Assembly (NCBI GenBank): GCA_016186765.1
Contig: JACPLD010000002.1
Coordinates: 110,386-174,385, forward strand
DNA length: 64,000 bases
Direction of reading: 5' to 3'
DNA from: Candidatus Kaiserbacteria bacterium
GTDB taxonomy: Bacteria > Patescibacteriota > Minisyncoccia > Phycocordibacterales > UBA2100
A program made the translations under genes and the position numbers. Positions 47,908 through 57,476 of the stretch are shown here, one piece after another (the first letter of the stretch is position 1; every line of letters starts with the position of its first letter). The notes beneath the pieces are model-generated. The model was given only the letters and a program-made list of their open reading frames with translations, did not search any database and was not told where the DNA came from.

Positions 47908-48288
47908 ATGGCGCTATTCCAACGAAAGAAAAAGGACGAAGTAGTGGTGGAGAAAAAGGTGGAGAAACCAGCACCGAAGGTCTCTGTACGCGATACATAC
48001 CTGGCAGCGGATCTCGCCGACGTTTTGCGTAATCCGCGGATCACCGAGAAGGCAACGGCTCAAGGGCAGCTTGGTGTGTACACGTTTGATGTTTCAGAGA
48101 GTGCCACGAAACGCTCCGTCGCCGCAGCTGTCGCGATGCTCTATAAGGTATCACCAAGAAAGATCCACATCGTGCCCGTGCCTTCTAAGGTGAGACGGTC
48201 CGTGCGCACTGGCGCGCGCGGTATCTCGCGCGGAGGCAAGAAAGCGTATGTCTACCTCAAGCGAGGTGATTCCATCACACTCGCTTGA
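47908..48288 (+). CDS. rplW: 50S ribosomal protein L23
   Basis: PRITEKA, YTFDV, KKAYVYL; position. Confidence 0.95.
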   Translation: MALFQRKKKDEVVVEKKVEKPAPKVSVRDTYLAADLADVLRNPRITEKATAQGQLGVYTFDVSESATKRSVAAAVAMLYKVSPRKIHIVPVPSKVRRSVRTGARGISRGGKKAYVYLKRGDSITLA

Positions 48289-48325
48289 AGTCAAAGGGCA
48301 AAGGGCAAAAGTTAGAAGTAATGCT

Positions 48326-49168
48326 ATGAAAACGTACAAACCCACAACAAAAAGCTCTCGTCAGATGACGCGCGTCGAGTTCCGCAAGCTCTTGAGCGGC
48401 GGAAAACGCCACAAAGCACTCACGAAGGGGAGAAAGCATTCGGGCGGCCGCAACGCATTTGGCCGAATCACGATGCGTCACAAGGGTGGTGGGCACAAGC
48501 GCGCCTATCGGCTCGTTGATTTCTACTTCGACAAGAAAAACATTCCTGCACGCATCACCTCGATCGAGTATGATCCATTTCGCTCCGCGTTTATCGGGCT
48601 TGCGATCTACCAAGACGGTGAGAAGCGATACGTCGTGGTGCCGAGAGCCATAAAGGTCGGCGACTCGTTCGTCGTCTCTGAAAATGCACCGGTACAGCTC
48701 GGCAACCGTCTTCCTCTTTCGAAGATTCCCGTCGGAACGTTTGTCTACAACATCGAGTTGAAGCCGGGAGGGGGTGCGCGCCTCGCACGTGCCGCGGGCA
48801 ACTATTGCGAGGTCGTCGCGCAGGATGCCCCCTACACACATCTGCGCCTGCCGAGTATGGAAGTGCGTCGCGTAATCGGCAGCGCATGGGCATCGATCGG
48901 TGAGGTTTCCAACGAAGAGCATCGTCTCGTGAATATCGGCAAGGCGGGCCGCTCGCGCTGGATGGGTAGGCGTCCCACGGTTCGCGGAAGCGCGATGAAT
49001 CCTGTCGATCACCCGCACGGCGGTGGCGAAGGGAGAGCCGGGCGCGGCCACAGGCGGCAGCGCACCCTCTGGGGCAAGCCCGTGGGCAAGGGGCAAAAGA
49101 CGCGCCGGCCCAAAAAGTATTCCAACGTTTTCATCGTGTCGCGAAGAAAGGTTGGAAAACGCTCATAA
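48326..49168 (+). CDS. rplB: 50S ribosomal protein L2
   Basis: IEYDP.RSA, RGSAMNPVDHPHGGGEG. Confidence 0.98.
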   Translation: MKTYKPTTKSSRQMTRVEFRKLLSGGKRHKALTKGRKHSGGRNAFGRITMRHKGGGHKRAYRLVDFYFDKKNIPARITSIEYDPFRSAFIGLAIYQDGEKRYVVVPRAIKVGDSFVVSENAPVQLGNRLPLSKIPVGTFVYNIELKPGGGARLARAAGNYCEVVAQDAPYTHLRLPSMEVRRVIGSAWASIGEVSNEEHRLVNIGKAGRSRWMGRRPTVRGSAMNPVDHPHGGGEGRAGRGHRRQRTLWGKPVGKGQKTRRPKKYSNVFIVSRRKVGKRS

Positions 49169-49191
49169 TTTTTGTATAGTAGCTCACCTGT

Positions 49192-49551
49192 ATGGCTCGA
49201 TCACTCAAAAAAGGTCCGTACATCGACGAGAAGCTGATGAAAAAGATCAGCGCTCGCAAGCCAAGTACTGGCGCGATCAAAACATGGGCACGTGCCTCGC
49301 AGATTCCGCCGGAATTTGTCGGCTACACGTTTGCCGTGCACACAGGGAAGAACTTTGAGGAGATATTTGTGACGGAGGACATGGTGGGGCATCGCCTTGG
49401 CGAATTCGCGCCGACGACGAAGTTCATCAAGCACGGCGGCCGCATGCAGAAGGAAGCCGAGATGGCCGCAAAAGCCGCCGAGATCGCAGCCGCTCAAGCT
49501 GCAAAAGCAACCGAAGAATCGGCCAAACCCGCAGCGGGTTCTAAACAATAG
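49192..49551 (+). CDS. rpsS: 30S ribosomal protein S19
   Basis: [19 protein letters not shown]. Confidence 0.98.
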   Translation: MARSLKKGPYIDEKLMKKISARKPSTGAIKTWARASQIPPEFVGYTFAVHTGKNFEEIFVTEDMVGHRLGEFAPTTKFIKHGGRMQKEAEMAAKAAEIAAAQAAKATEESAKPAAGSKQ

Positions 49552-49553
49552 GT

Positions 49554-49925
49554 ATGCGTGCAACTCTCAGTAATTACCATCAGTCGCCGCGCAAGGTTCG
49601 CCTCGTCGCCGATCTCATTCGTGGGAAGAGCGTGCGGGATGCGCGTTTGGCGCTCCAGTATTTGCCGAAAAAGTCTTCACCCGTGATCGTGAAGCTTCTC
49701 GACTCTGCTGTCGCGAATGCGCGAAGCCGTGGCGCGACAGCGGATACTTTGTTCGTCAAGAAAATAACTGTCGACAAGGGCGCGGTGCTTCGGCGCTATC
49801 GCCCGTTTGCCCGCGGCCGTGCTGGCTCAGTCCGAAAGACCATGAGCATCGTTAATCTCGAACTTGGAACTATAGCTCCGAAAGCACCAAAGCGTGCCCG
49901 CAGTTCGAATTCTCCTAAAACCTAA
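49554..49925 (+). CDS. rplV: 50S ribosomal protein L22
   Basis: SPRKVRLVADLIRG, SAVANA, ARGRA. Confidence 0.97.
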   Translation: MRATLSNYHQSPRKVRLVADLIRGKSVRDARLALQYLPKKSSPVIVKLLDSAVANARSRGATADTLFVKKITVDKGAVLRRYRPFARGRAGSVRKTMSIVNLELGTIAPKAPKRARSSNSPKT

Positions 49926-49950
49926 TCCCTAGCACCTAGTTCCTATTCCT

Positions 49951-50643
<693 letters not shown>

Positions 50644-50645
50644 GT

Positions 50646-51068
50646 ATGCTCGCTCCTAAGAAGGCAAAATTCCGAAAATGGCAGACAGGCCGCCGTCACG
50701 AGCGGAAGTTGCATGTGCCCGAGACCCGCGGCGTCACTGTCGCATTCGGGGCGTATGGCTTGCGCGCTATGACGCCGGCTCGACTCACCTCGAACCAAAT
50801 AGAGTCGGCGCGTCGCGTGCTGGTTCGAGCGGGAGGAAAGACCGCCAAGGTCTGGGTCCGCGTGTTTCCCGACAGACCTTTCACGCAAAAAGCGGCGGAG
50901 GTTGGAATGGGGAGCGGAAAAGGAGATGTTGCGGGATATGTTGTTGAGGTGCATCCCGGGCGGGTAATCTTTGAGATCGATGGCGCTCCCGAAGAGATGG
51001 CACGCGAAGCTCTGCGAAAAGCTGGAACCAAACTGCCTTTGAAGGCGCGTGTTGTCGCCCGTCAGTAG
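50646..51068 (+). CDS. rplP: 50S ribosomal protein L16
   Basis: QIESARR, W.RVFPD.P.T.K....MG.GKG. Confidence 0.97.
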   Translation: MLAPKKAKFRKWQTGRRHERKLHVPETRGVTVAFGAYGLRAMTPARLTSNQIESARRVLVRAGGKTAKVWVRVFPDRPFTQKAAEVGMGSGKGDVAGYVVEVHPGRVIFEIDGAPEEMAREALRKAGTKLPLKARVVARQ

Positions 51069-51071
51069 CCT

Positions 51072-51275
51072 ATGGCCGATATAAAACAGTACAGTGTTGA
51101 AGATCTAAAAAAAGAGATCGCCGATAAGCGGGAAGCGCTTCGAGCGTTTCGCTTCGGCGGGGCTGGCAGCCGCACGCGAAACGTGCGAGAAGGGCGCAAC
51201 CTTCGTAAAGAAATCGCGTGGATGCTCACCGAACTTCGCGCCCGGGAATTGGCCTCGAAGAAGAAAACAACGTAA
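51072..51275 (+). CDS. rpmC: 50S ribosomal protein L29
   Basis: Position; FRF...R.LRKEIA..LT. Confidence 0.9.
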   Translation: MADIKQYSVEDLKKEIADKREALRAFRFGGAGSRTRNVREGRNLRKEIAWMLTELRARELASKKKTT

Positions 51276-51288
51276 GATACGTCGCCGT

Positions 51289-51561
51289 ATGGAACAACCT
51301 ATGCGTGCAGGGAAAGAGCTGCGAGGGGTCGTCGTGAAGACGGCCATGAAGGACACGGCGACCGTGCTCGTCGAGCGCTTCGTCCCACATCCGAAATACA
51401 AGAAGTATCTCCGCCGGGGCAAGAAGTATCTCGTGCACGATCCCGGCAATACGCTGCGGGTGGGGGAAAAGGTCACGATCAGAGAATCGAGACCGATTTC
51501 GAAGCGGAAGCACTTCACGCTAATCTCCGCCGAAGGCGGATCCGCCTCAGGCGGAAAATAA
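51289..51561 (+). CDS. rpsQ: 30S ribosomal protein S17
   Basis: GVVV, HPKYKK, ESRPISKRK. Confidence 0.96.
   Translation: MEQPMRAGKELRGVVVKTAMKDTATVLVERFVPHPKYKKYLRRGKKYLVHDPGNTLRVGEKVTIRESRPISKRKHFTLISAEGGSASGGK
51526..51555. repeat. Palindromic element family C, in frame at the rpsQ 3' end
   Basis: TCCGCCGAAGGCGGA-TCCGCCTCAGGCGGA encoding SAEGGSASGG. Confidence 0.85.
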
Positions 51562-51564
51562 TAT

Positions 51565-51945
51565 ATGTTACAGGACAGAAGTATCGTAAAAATAGCAGAC
51601 AACTCCGGCGGCATCATAGGTCGGATCTTCAAGATTTTGGGTGGCTCGAAAAAGCGTGCAGCGGAGATCGGAGACGAAGTCGTCATCTCGATCCAGACGG
51701 CGCAACCGCGCAAGCTCGTCAAGAAAAAAGAAGTGCACCGCGCTGTCGTCGTACGCCAGAGCAAGCCGTACCGTCGTTCAGACGGCTCATACGTACGTTT
51801 TGACGAGAATGCCGTGGTCCTTGTCGTGGGCAGCGGCAAGGAGCCGAAAGAACCGAAGGCAAACCGCGTGTTCGGTCCCATCCCACGAGAGCTCGTGACT
51901 CGCGGCTACCAAAAGATCGCCTCGCTTGCGCCTGAAATCGTATAA
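51565..51945 (+). CDS. rplN: 50S ribosomal protein L14
   Basis: ADNSG, AVVVR, FDENAVV, RVFGPI.REL, SLAPE. Confidence 0.97.
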   Translation: MLQDRSIVKIADNSGGIIGRIFKILGGSKKRAAEIGDEVVISIQTAQPRKLVKKKEVHRAVVVRQSKPYRRSDGSYVRFDENAVVLVVGSGKEPKEPKANRVFGPIPRELVTRGYQKIASLAPEIV

Positions 51946-51950
51946 CGTCT

Positions 51951-52027
51951 ATGAAATTGAAAAAAGGAGACCCCGCTACCACAAATCCTTCGGATTTGGC
52001 TACGGGGCAAGGCAAAACGTACTAATC
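51951..52027 (+). pseudogene. Orphan copy of the rplX 5' end, interrupted by a palindromic element
   Basis: ATGAAATTGAAAAAAGGAGAC (MKLKKGD), then the element, then ...GTACTAATC (VLI); the intact gene starts MKLRKGDKVVVI. Confidence 0.85.
51971..52012 (+). repeat. Palindromic element family B (42 bp)
   Basis: CCCCGCTACCACAAATCCTTCGGATTTGGCTACGGGGCAAGG. Confidence 0.85.
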
Positions 52028-52030
52028 AAT

Positions 52031-52342
52031 ATGAAATTACGCAAAGGTGACAAAGTTGTTGTTATCGCAGGCAAGGAACGAGGGAAGACCTCTACCATCG
52101 TTCGCGTGCTTCCTCGGGAGGACTTGGTCATTCTCGACGGGCTCAATCTCGCGAAGCGCCATCGCCGTCCTTCGGCCAGAAATCGTAAGGGCCAAATCAT
52201 CGAGCGCGCAATGCCGATGCACGCTTCCAATGTGATGGTTGTCGATCCAAAAACAGGCAAGCCCACGCGCGTGAAGATTGTTCGAGGCAAAGACGGATCG
52301 CGCGAGCGCTTCGCGGTCAAAAGCGGCCAGTCCATCAAATAA
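52031..52342 (+). CDS. rplX: 50S ribosomal protein L24
   Basis: KGDKVVVIAGKERGK (KOW motif), HASNVM. Confidence 0.97.
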   Translation: MKLRKGDKVVVIAGKERGKTSTIVRVLPREDLVILDGLNLAKRHRRPSARNRKGQIIERAMPMHASNVMVVDPKTGKPTRVKIVRGKDGSRERFAVKSGQSIK

Positions 52343-52344
52343 CT

Positions 52345-52878
52345 ATGAAGGCAAAGACGCAGCAACGAGCGTTCGCCGCACTCAAAGCAGAGTTCGGCTA
52401 CACGAACATCATGCAAGTACCGAAGATCGTTAAAATCGTGATTTCGAGTGGCGTGGGTGGCGTGAAAGACCAGAAGCGACGAGAGCTCATCGTCGATCGA
52501 CTTAAGCGCATCGCGGGCCAGGCACCCGCACCGCGCGGCGCCAAAAAGTCCATCGCAAATTTCAAGAGTCGCAAGGGCGAAACGATAGGCTACCAGATGA
52601 CGCTTCGAGGTGAGCGCGCAGAGGCTTTCTTGCAGAAGCTCATCCACATCGCGCTGCCGCGCACCAAAGACTTTCGCGGCATTTCGCCGACCTCGATCGA
52701 CGAAATGGGTAACATTACGATCGGCATCAAGGAGCATACGGTGTTTCCAGAAACTGCGGATGAAGACTCAAAGGACATCTTTGGCCTTGCCGTTACCATT
52801 GCGACGACTGCAAAAAATAAGAAGGAGGCCGAATCATTCCTCCGCCATATCGGTCTCCCGCTACGCGCAGAGAAATAG
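52345..52878 (+). CDS. rplE: 50S ribosomal protein L5
   Basis: VPKIVKIVI, AKKSIANFK.R, ALPR.KDFRG. Confidence 0.97.
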   Translation: MKAKTQQRAFAALKAEFGYTNIMQVPKIVKIVISSGVGGVKDQKRRELIVDRLKRIAGQAPAPRGAKKSIANFKSRKGETIGYQMTLRGERAEAFLQKLIHIALPRTKDFRGISPTSIDEMGNITIGIKEHTVFPETADEDSKDIFGLAVTIATTAKNKKEAESFLRHIGLPLRAEK

Positions 52879-52879
52879 G

Positions 52880-53048
52880 TTGACTTTGGTTCACCTCTCG
52901 CCTATAGTGTGCGGGCCTCGCAGGGGGCTTTGTTTTTAAGTGATCCTCCGGGATATCGTGAGAACAAGGTCACGCACCGAGCTCTCGTAACCTAGGGACC
53001 GTAAGGTCAGGTGCAGAAGCTCGAGTTTCTCCTTCGCGGCACTATTCC
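52880..53048 (+). promoter_or_regulatory. Internal promoter and structured leader upstream of rpsN
   Basis: TTGACT-17-TATAGT; nested stems CGAGCT/AGCTCG, ACCT/AGGT and GACC-GTAA-GGTC. Confidence 0.6.
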
Positions 53049-53234
53049 ATGGCAAAGAAATCACTCATCGTGAAGGCAAATCGAAAGCCGAAATATACCA
53101 GCCGAACTATTCGTCGCTGTTTTAAGTGCGGTCGGCCACGCGGCTTTATGCGCGATTTCAACCTCTGCCGCATCTGCTTCCGCGAAGAGGCACTCGAAGG
53201 CAATATCCCGGGCATAAAGAAAAGCTCATGGTAA
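53049..53234 (+). CDS. rpsN: 30S ribosomal protein S14, zinc-binding type
   Basis: CFKCGRPR...CRICFR, 61 aa. Confidence 0.97.
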   Translation: MAKKSLIVKANRKPKYTSRTIRRCFKCGRPRGFMRDFNLCRICFREEALEGNIPGIKKSSW

Positions 53235-53623
53235 ACGACCCCGTAGCAGATCTGATCGTTCGGCTCCAAAATGCCGCAGCCGTACACAAGCCGTCTGTCT
53301 CGGTGCCGTTTTCGAATTTCAAAATGGCGGTTGCGGAGGCCCTGAAAGGCGCGGGTTACGTGAAAGCAGTGGAGAAGAGAGGAAAGAAAGTAAAAAGAGT
53401 GCTCGATATCATGCTTAGCTATGACGAGGCGGGGAGACCCGCGATTTCCGGCGTGAAGCGGATTTCAAAACCGGGGCGTCGAGTCTATCGCGGCGCGCGC
53501 GAGCTCTACGCTATTCGCTACGGCCATGGCATGCTTGTTCTCTCGACACCAAAGGGCGTGATGACGAACGCGGATGCTCGCAAGCACAAGGTCGGTGGAG
53601 AAGCACTCTTCGAAGTCTGGTAA
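53228..53623 (+). CDS. rpsH: 30S ribosomal protein S8
   Basis: [29 protein letters not shown]. Confidence 0.97.
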   Translation: MVNDPVADLIVRLQNAAAVHKPSVSVPFSNFKMAVAEALKGAGYVKAVEKRGKKVKRVLDIMLSYDEAGRPAISGVKRISKPGRRVYRGARELYAIRYGHGMLVLSTPKGVMTNADARKHKVGGEALFEVW

Positions 53624-53628
53624 TCCAT

Positions 53629-54174
53629 ATGTCACGCATCGGCAAAAAACCAATTTCTATTCCCCCGGGCACCGAAGTCTCCGTCGTTCCTCACGAGCTG
53701 ACGGTGAAGGGAAAGGGCGGTACGCTGAAGCGCTCTCTCCACCCGGCCGTCGCAATATCGGTCACAAACGGGGAAGTCACCGTCGCGCCTGCTCTCGACA
53801 CACGTCTTGCGCGAGCACTCTGGGGCACGTATGCCGCGCACGTGCGAAACATGATCGAGGGTGTGAACACGCCGTTTTCGAAAAAACTCATTGTGGAAGG
53901 TATCGGATATCGCGCCGAGGTCGCGGGCAAGGAACTCAAGCTCTCGGTCGGTTTTTCGCACCCCGTTCTTATACCAGTGCCCGAGGGAGTCACCGTGTCG
54001 GTCGACAAGGGAGTGATAACGATTGCAGGTGCAGACAAGGAGAAGGTGGGGCAGTTCGCCGCGGCGGTGCGTGCGACGCGCAAGCCCGAGCCGTACAAAG
54101 GTAAGGGCATCCGGTATGAAGATGAGGTCGTGCGTCGCAAGCAGGGCAAGAAAGCGGCTACTGCAGCAGCGTAA
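53629..54174 (+). CDS. rplF: 50S ribosomal protein L6
   Basis: MSRIGKKP, GFSHP, PEPYKGKGIRY. Confidence 0.98.
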   Translation: MSRIGKKPISIPPGTEVSVVPHELTVKGKGGTLKRSLHPAVAISVTNGEVTVAPALDTRLARALWGTYAAHVRNMIEGVNTPFSKKLIVEGIGYRAEVAGKELKLSVGFSHPVLIPVPEGVTVSVDKGVITIAGADKEKVGQFAAAVRATRKPEPYKGKGIRYEDEVVRRKQGKKAATAAA

Positions 54175-54186
54175 TAGAAAAACCGT

Positions 54187-54534
54187 ATGACACTCGCGAT
54201 AAAACTACAGAAGAGGCAGCAGCGGCATAAAAGGGTGCGGGCGAAAGTCTCCGGAAGCGCCGAGAGACCGCGTCTTTCGATCTATAAATCCAACACCGCG
54301 CTCCACGCCCAGATCATCGACGATGTGAAGGGAATGACTCTCGCATCGGTTTCCTCCTCGAGCGAAAAGGGGAAGACGCCGCGGGAGCGGGCCGAGGCCG
54401 CAGCTTCTACGCTTGCAAAGCGTGCTGCCGAAAAGGGCATCAAGGCAGTCGTCTTTGATCGTGGCGGTTTCCAGTACGTGGGATCGATCAAGGCATTTGC
54501 CGATGTAGCACGAGCCGCAGGACTGAAGTTTTAA
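54187..54534 (+). CDS. rplR: 50S ribosomal protein L18
   Basis: [22 protein letters not shown]. Confidence 0.97.
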   Translation: MTLAIKLQKRQQRHKRVRAKVSGSAERPRLSIYKSNTALHAQIIDDVKGMTLASVSSSSEKGKTPRERAEAAASTLAKRAAEKGIKAVVFDRGGFQYVGSIKAFADVARAAGLKF

Positions 54535-54540
54535 ATTCAT

Positions 54541-55149
54541 ATGACTACGGAACGAACAATCGAGGAGGAGCAGGTTAAGCCTGAGGCAGGTGTTGAGACA
54601 CCGGGAGATGTACCTGCGCCGGAGACACTGCCGGAGGAACGCAGGCGTTTTACACGCGGAGGGAGAAGGGGAGGCGGCCGCCGCGACCGGGGCGGCAGAG
54701 GCCGCGACGAACGCCGCAGCGAATTCGTGCAGAAACTTATCGGAATCCGCCGCGTTGCGCGCGTGATGGCCGGCGGACGCAGGTTTAATTTCTCTGCCGC
54801 GCTCGTCTTGGGAGACAAAAAGGGACGTGTCGGCGTCGGTGTTGGAAAAGCTGCAGATACTGCGCTTGCGATCGAGAAAGCGACGCGTGCAGCGAAACGT
54901 TCCATGATAACTCTCAATTTGCGAGAGAATGGAAGTATTCCGCGCAACGTCGATGCAAAGTACTGTGCATCGCGTGTCGAAATCCGTCCCTCGCCGGGGC
55001 GAGGACTCGTTGCAGGCTCCTCGGTGCGTACCGTTCTCGAGCTCGGTGGTGTATCGGACGTCACGGCAAAGATTCTCTCGCGAAGTCACAATCCTATAAA
55101 CAATGCACGCGCCGCGATCGAGGCGTTGCGTCAAGTCGCCAAGAAGTAA
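54541..55149 (+). CDS. rpsE: 30S ribosomal protein S5
   Basis: RV..V..GGRRF.F.A, GRVGVG.GKA. Confidence 0.97.
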   Translation: MTTERTIEEEQVKPEAGVETPGDVPAPETLPEERRRFTRGGRRGGGRRDRGGRGRDERRSEFVQKLIGIRRVARVMAGGRRFNFSAALVLGDKKGRVGVGVGKAADTALAIEKATRAAKRSMITLNLRENGSIPRNVDAKYCASRVEIRPSPGRGLVAGSSVRTVLELGGVSDVTAKILSRSHNPINNARAAIEALRQVAKK

Positions 55150-55152
55150 GGT

Positions 55153-55605
55153 ATGGCTTCACTCAATCAACTGCAGAGACCCATTGGCTTGAAGCGCCCG
55201 ATGCAGAGGGTCGGAAGAGGACAATCGAGCGGCCGAGGCAAGCAGTCTGGCCGAGGCGGCAAGGGGCAAACCGCGCGCGCGGGAGCGAAGATCCGCCCGG
55301 CGTGGCGCGATATCGTCAAGAGGCTTCCCAAGCGACGCGGTTTTGGAAAGAACCGCGGGCGCACCGTCGTCGGTACGCGTCTTGATGCGCGTGCTATTGC
55401 CGTCGGTCGCCTCAACAAACTCTTCGAATCCGACTCGACTGTTTCTTTGTCCACGCTCGCAGAGCGCGGTATCACGGGTAGAAAGTTGCAGGGAGTGAAG
55501 ATCGTTGGCGGAGGGGAGCTTACTAAAAAACTTATCGTCAAGGGCATTCAGGTCTCCGCCTCCGCACAAACCGCGATCGAAAAAGTTGGCGGAATTGTTT
55601 CCTAA
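55153..55605 (+). CDS. rplO: 50S ribosomal protein L15
   Basis: RVGRG..SGRGK.SGRG.KGQ.AR, RLPKRRG. Confidence 0.97.
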   Translation: MASLNQLQRPIGLKRPMQRVGRGQSSGRGKQSGRGGKGQTARAGAKIRPAWRDIVKRLPKRRGFGKNRGRTVVGTRLDARAIAVGRLNKLFESDSTVSLSTLAERGITGRKLQGVKIVGGGELTKKLIVKGIQVSASAQTAIEKVGGIVS

Positions 55606-55609
55606 ATCT

Positions 55610-56884
55610 ATGTTTGAAACATTCTGGCGGAAGGTTCGACTTATTATCGAAGACGAGACGTTGCGCAATCGCGTGCTTTTTGTACTCGGGGCGCTGATCG
55701 TCTTTCGTATTCTTGCTGCTATCCCGATCCCGGGCATTGATGCAGCGGCTCTAGCAAACTACCTCGGAAACAATCAGTTTCTTGGCCTTCTCAACATTTT
55801 TTCCGGCGGCGGTTTCTCGACACTCTCTATCATGATGATTGGCGTTTCGCCCTACATCACCGCTTCGATCGTCATGCAGCTCTCGACCGTTCTCTCTCCG
55901 CGCCTGAAGGCGCTCTACCAGGAGGAGGGCGACGCAGGTCGGCAGCGCTTCATGCAATATTCTCGCTACCTCACGGTTCCCCTCTCCTTCATTCAGGCGT
56001 TCGGCTTTCTCATTCTGCTGCAGCAGAACAACATCGTGCCGGCGCTCGACTCTCTCCACATGCTCGCGAACGTGATTGTCATCGCTGCAGGCGCGATGCT
56101 GCTCATGTGGATCGGGGAGCTCATTACCGAGTACGGCGTGGGAAATGGCGTTTCTCTCATCATCTTCGCCGGCATCGTTGCGGGCATTCCCTCGGCGCTC
56201 TCACAATTTGTATTCACCTTTGACGTTGCGCAGGTACCGGCATACCTCGGATTTGTCATTGCGGCCGTGGTTATCACTGCTGGCGTCGTCTTTATCACGG
56301 AAGCGGAGCGTCCGATACCAGTTACCTATGCGCGTCGCGTGCGTGGGATGAAGGTTTTGGGGGGCATTTCGACCTACCTGCCGCTTCGCGTCAATCAAGC
56401 AGGCGTAATCCCTATTATCTTTGCGCTCTCGATTCTCCTCTTTCCGCAGATGATCGCCTCCTTTCTCGCGCAGAGTCCGGTACCGTTCGTCGCGTCTGCT
56501 GCCTCTGTAGTCGTCTCATGGCTCGCGAACAATTGGATATACGGCGCGCTCTACTTCCTCTTGGTGTTCGTGTTCACCTACTTCTACACGGCGATCACGT
56601 TTGAACCTCATCAGGTCGCGAAGAACCTCCAGAAAAACGGCGCATTCATTCCCGGCGTTCGCCCCGGGAGCACGACATCAGACTACCTTGGCACGATCAT
56701 CACGCGTGTTACGCTTGTCGGCGCACTTTTCTTAGGCATTCTCGCGGTGCTCCCCATAATTCTGCAGGGCATCACAGGCATCGCTGCACTCACCATTGGT
56801 GGTACTGCACTCTTGATTGTCGTGTCAGTCGTGCTCGATGTGGTGAAGAAGATTGACGCTCAGACCTCGATACGGGAATATTAG
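55610..56884 (+). CDS. secY: Preprotein translocase subunit SecY
   Basis: SPYITASIVMQL, GVGNGVSLIIF, AGVIPIIFA, FIPGVRPG. Confidence 0.98.
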   Translation: MFETFWRKVRLIIEDETLRNRVLFVLGALIVFRILAAIPIPGIDAAALANYLGNNQFLGLLNIFSGGGFSTLSIMMIGVSPYITASIVMQLSTVLSPRLKALYQEEGDAGRQRFMQYSRYLTVPLSFIQAFGFLILLQQNNIVPALDSLHMLANVIVIAAGAMLLMWIGELITEYGVGNGVSLIIFAGIVAGIPSALSQFVFTFDVAQVPAYLGFVIAAVVITAGVVFITEAERPIPVTYARRVRGMKVLGGISTYLPLRVNQAGVIPIIFALSILLFPQMIASFLAQSPVPFVASAASVVVSWLANNWIYGALYFLLVFVFTYFYTAITFEPHQVAKNLQKNGAFIPGVRPGSTTSDYLGTIITRVTLVGALFLGILAVLPIILQGITGIAALTIGGTALLIVVSVVLDVVKKIDAQTSIREY

Positions 56885-56886
56885 AC

Positions 56887-57474
56887 ATGAGCAAAAAGCA
56901 GGTTGTCGTGATCGCCGGTCCCTCGGGGAGCGGCGAGAGCACGGTCACCGAGCGTGTTGTCGAACGGTATCCGGATCGCGCGCAGCGGCTCGTGACCGCC
57001 ACAACGCGCGCGCCGCGCGTGGGTGAAAAGAACGGCATAGACTACTACTTCTTTACCAAGGACGAATTCGCGCGCGAACGAAAGAAAGGGCATATCCTCG
57101 AATCTACCTACATCAAGAATCGAGATACGTACTATGGCACCTATGCGCCCGATCTTGAGAAGAAGATTGCATCGGGATGTATCGTGATCGTAAATCCCGA
57201 CCTTGTCGGCGCGCGCTACTATAAGGACCACTACGGCGCTGCCACGATTTTTATCGTGCCAGAAAGTGTCGAGGCGCTCGAGCGAAGAATCCGTGAACGC
57301 TCGCCCGAATTGAGTGAGGAAGAGATTGCGCATCGCAAGGAAAATGCCGTGCGCGAGATGCAGAAGGAGCAATCGTTTTACGATCACATGGTCGTGAACG
57401 CAGACGGCAAGTTGGAAGAGGCGGTCGATAAGGTCGTGGCCATTCTCAAGAAACAAGGCTACAATCTTGATTAA
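56887..57474 (+). CDS. gmk: Guanylate kinase-like protein (P-loop Lys replaced by Glu)
   Basis: TTRAPR.GE.NG.DYYF and YYGT motifs; P-loop reads GPSGSGEST. Confidence 0.85.
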   Translation: MSKKQVVVIAGPSGSGESTVTERVVERYPDRAQRLVTATTRAPRVGEKNGIDYYFFTKDEFARERKKGHILESTYIKNRDTYYGTYAPDLEKKIASGCIVIVNPDLVGARYYKDHYGAATIFIVPESVEALERRIRERSPELSEEEIAHRKENAVREMQKEQSFYDHMVVNADGKLEEAVDKVVAILKKQGYNLD

Positions 57475-57476
57475 TT

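Noticed and set aside
51926-52030. N-terminal extension of L24 suggested by the ORF track
   Set aside because: The extension consists of the orphan start and the palindromic element; canonical L24 begins at 52031
52990-53023. GGTCAGGT resembles part of the SRP (ffs) RNA
   Set aside because: Lacks the CC-GGAA-GG-AAGCAG helix 8 signature; kept only as an unknown leader
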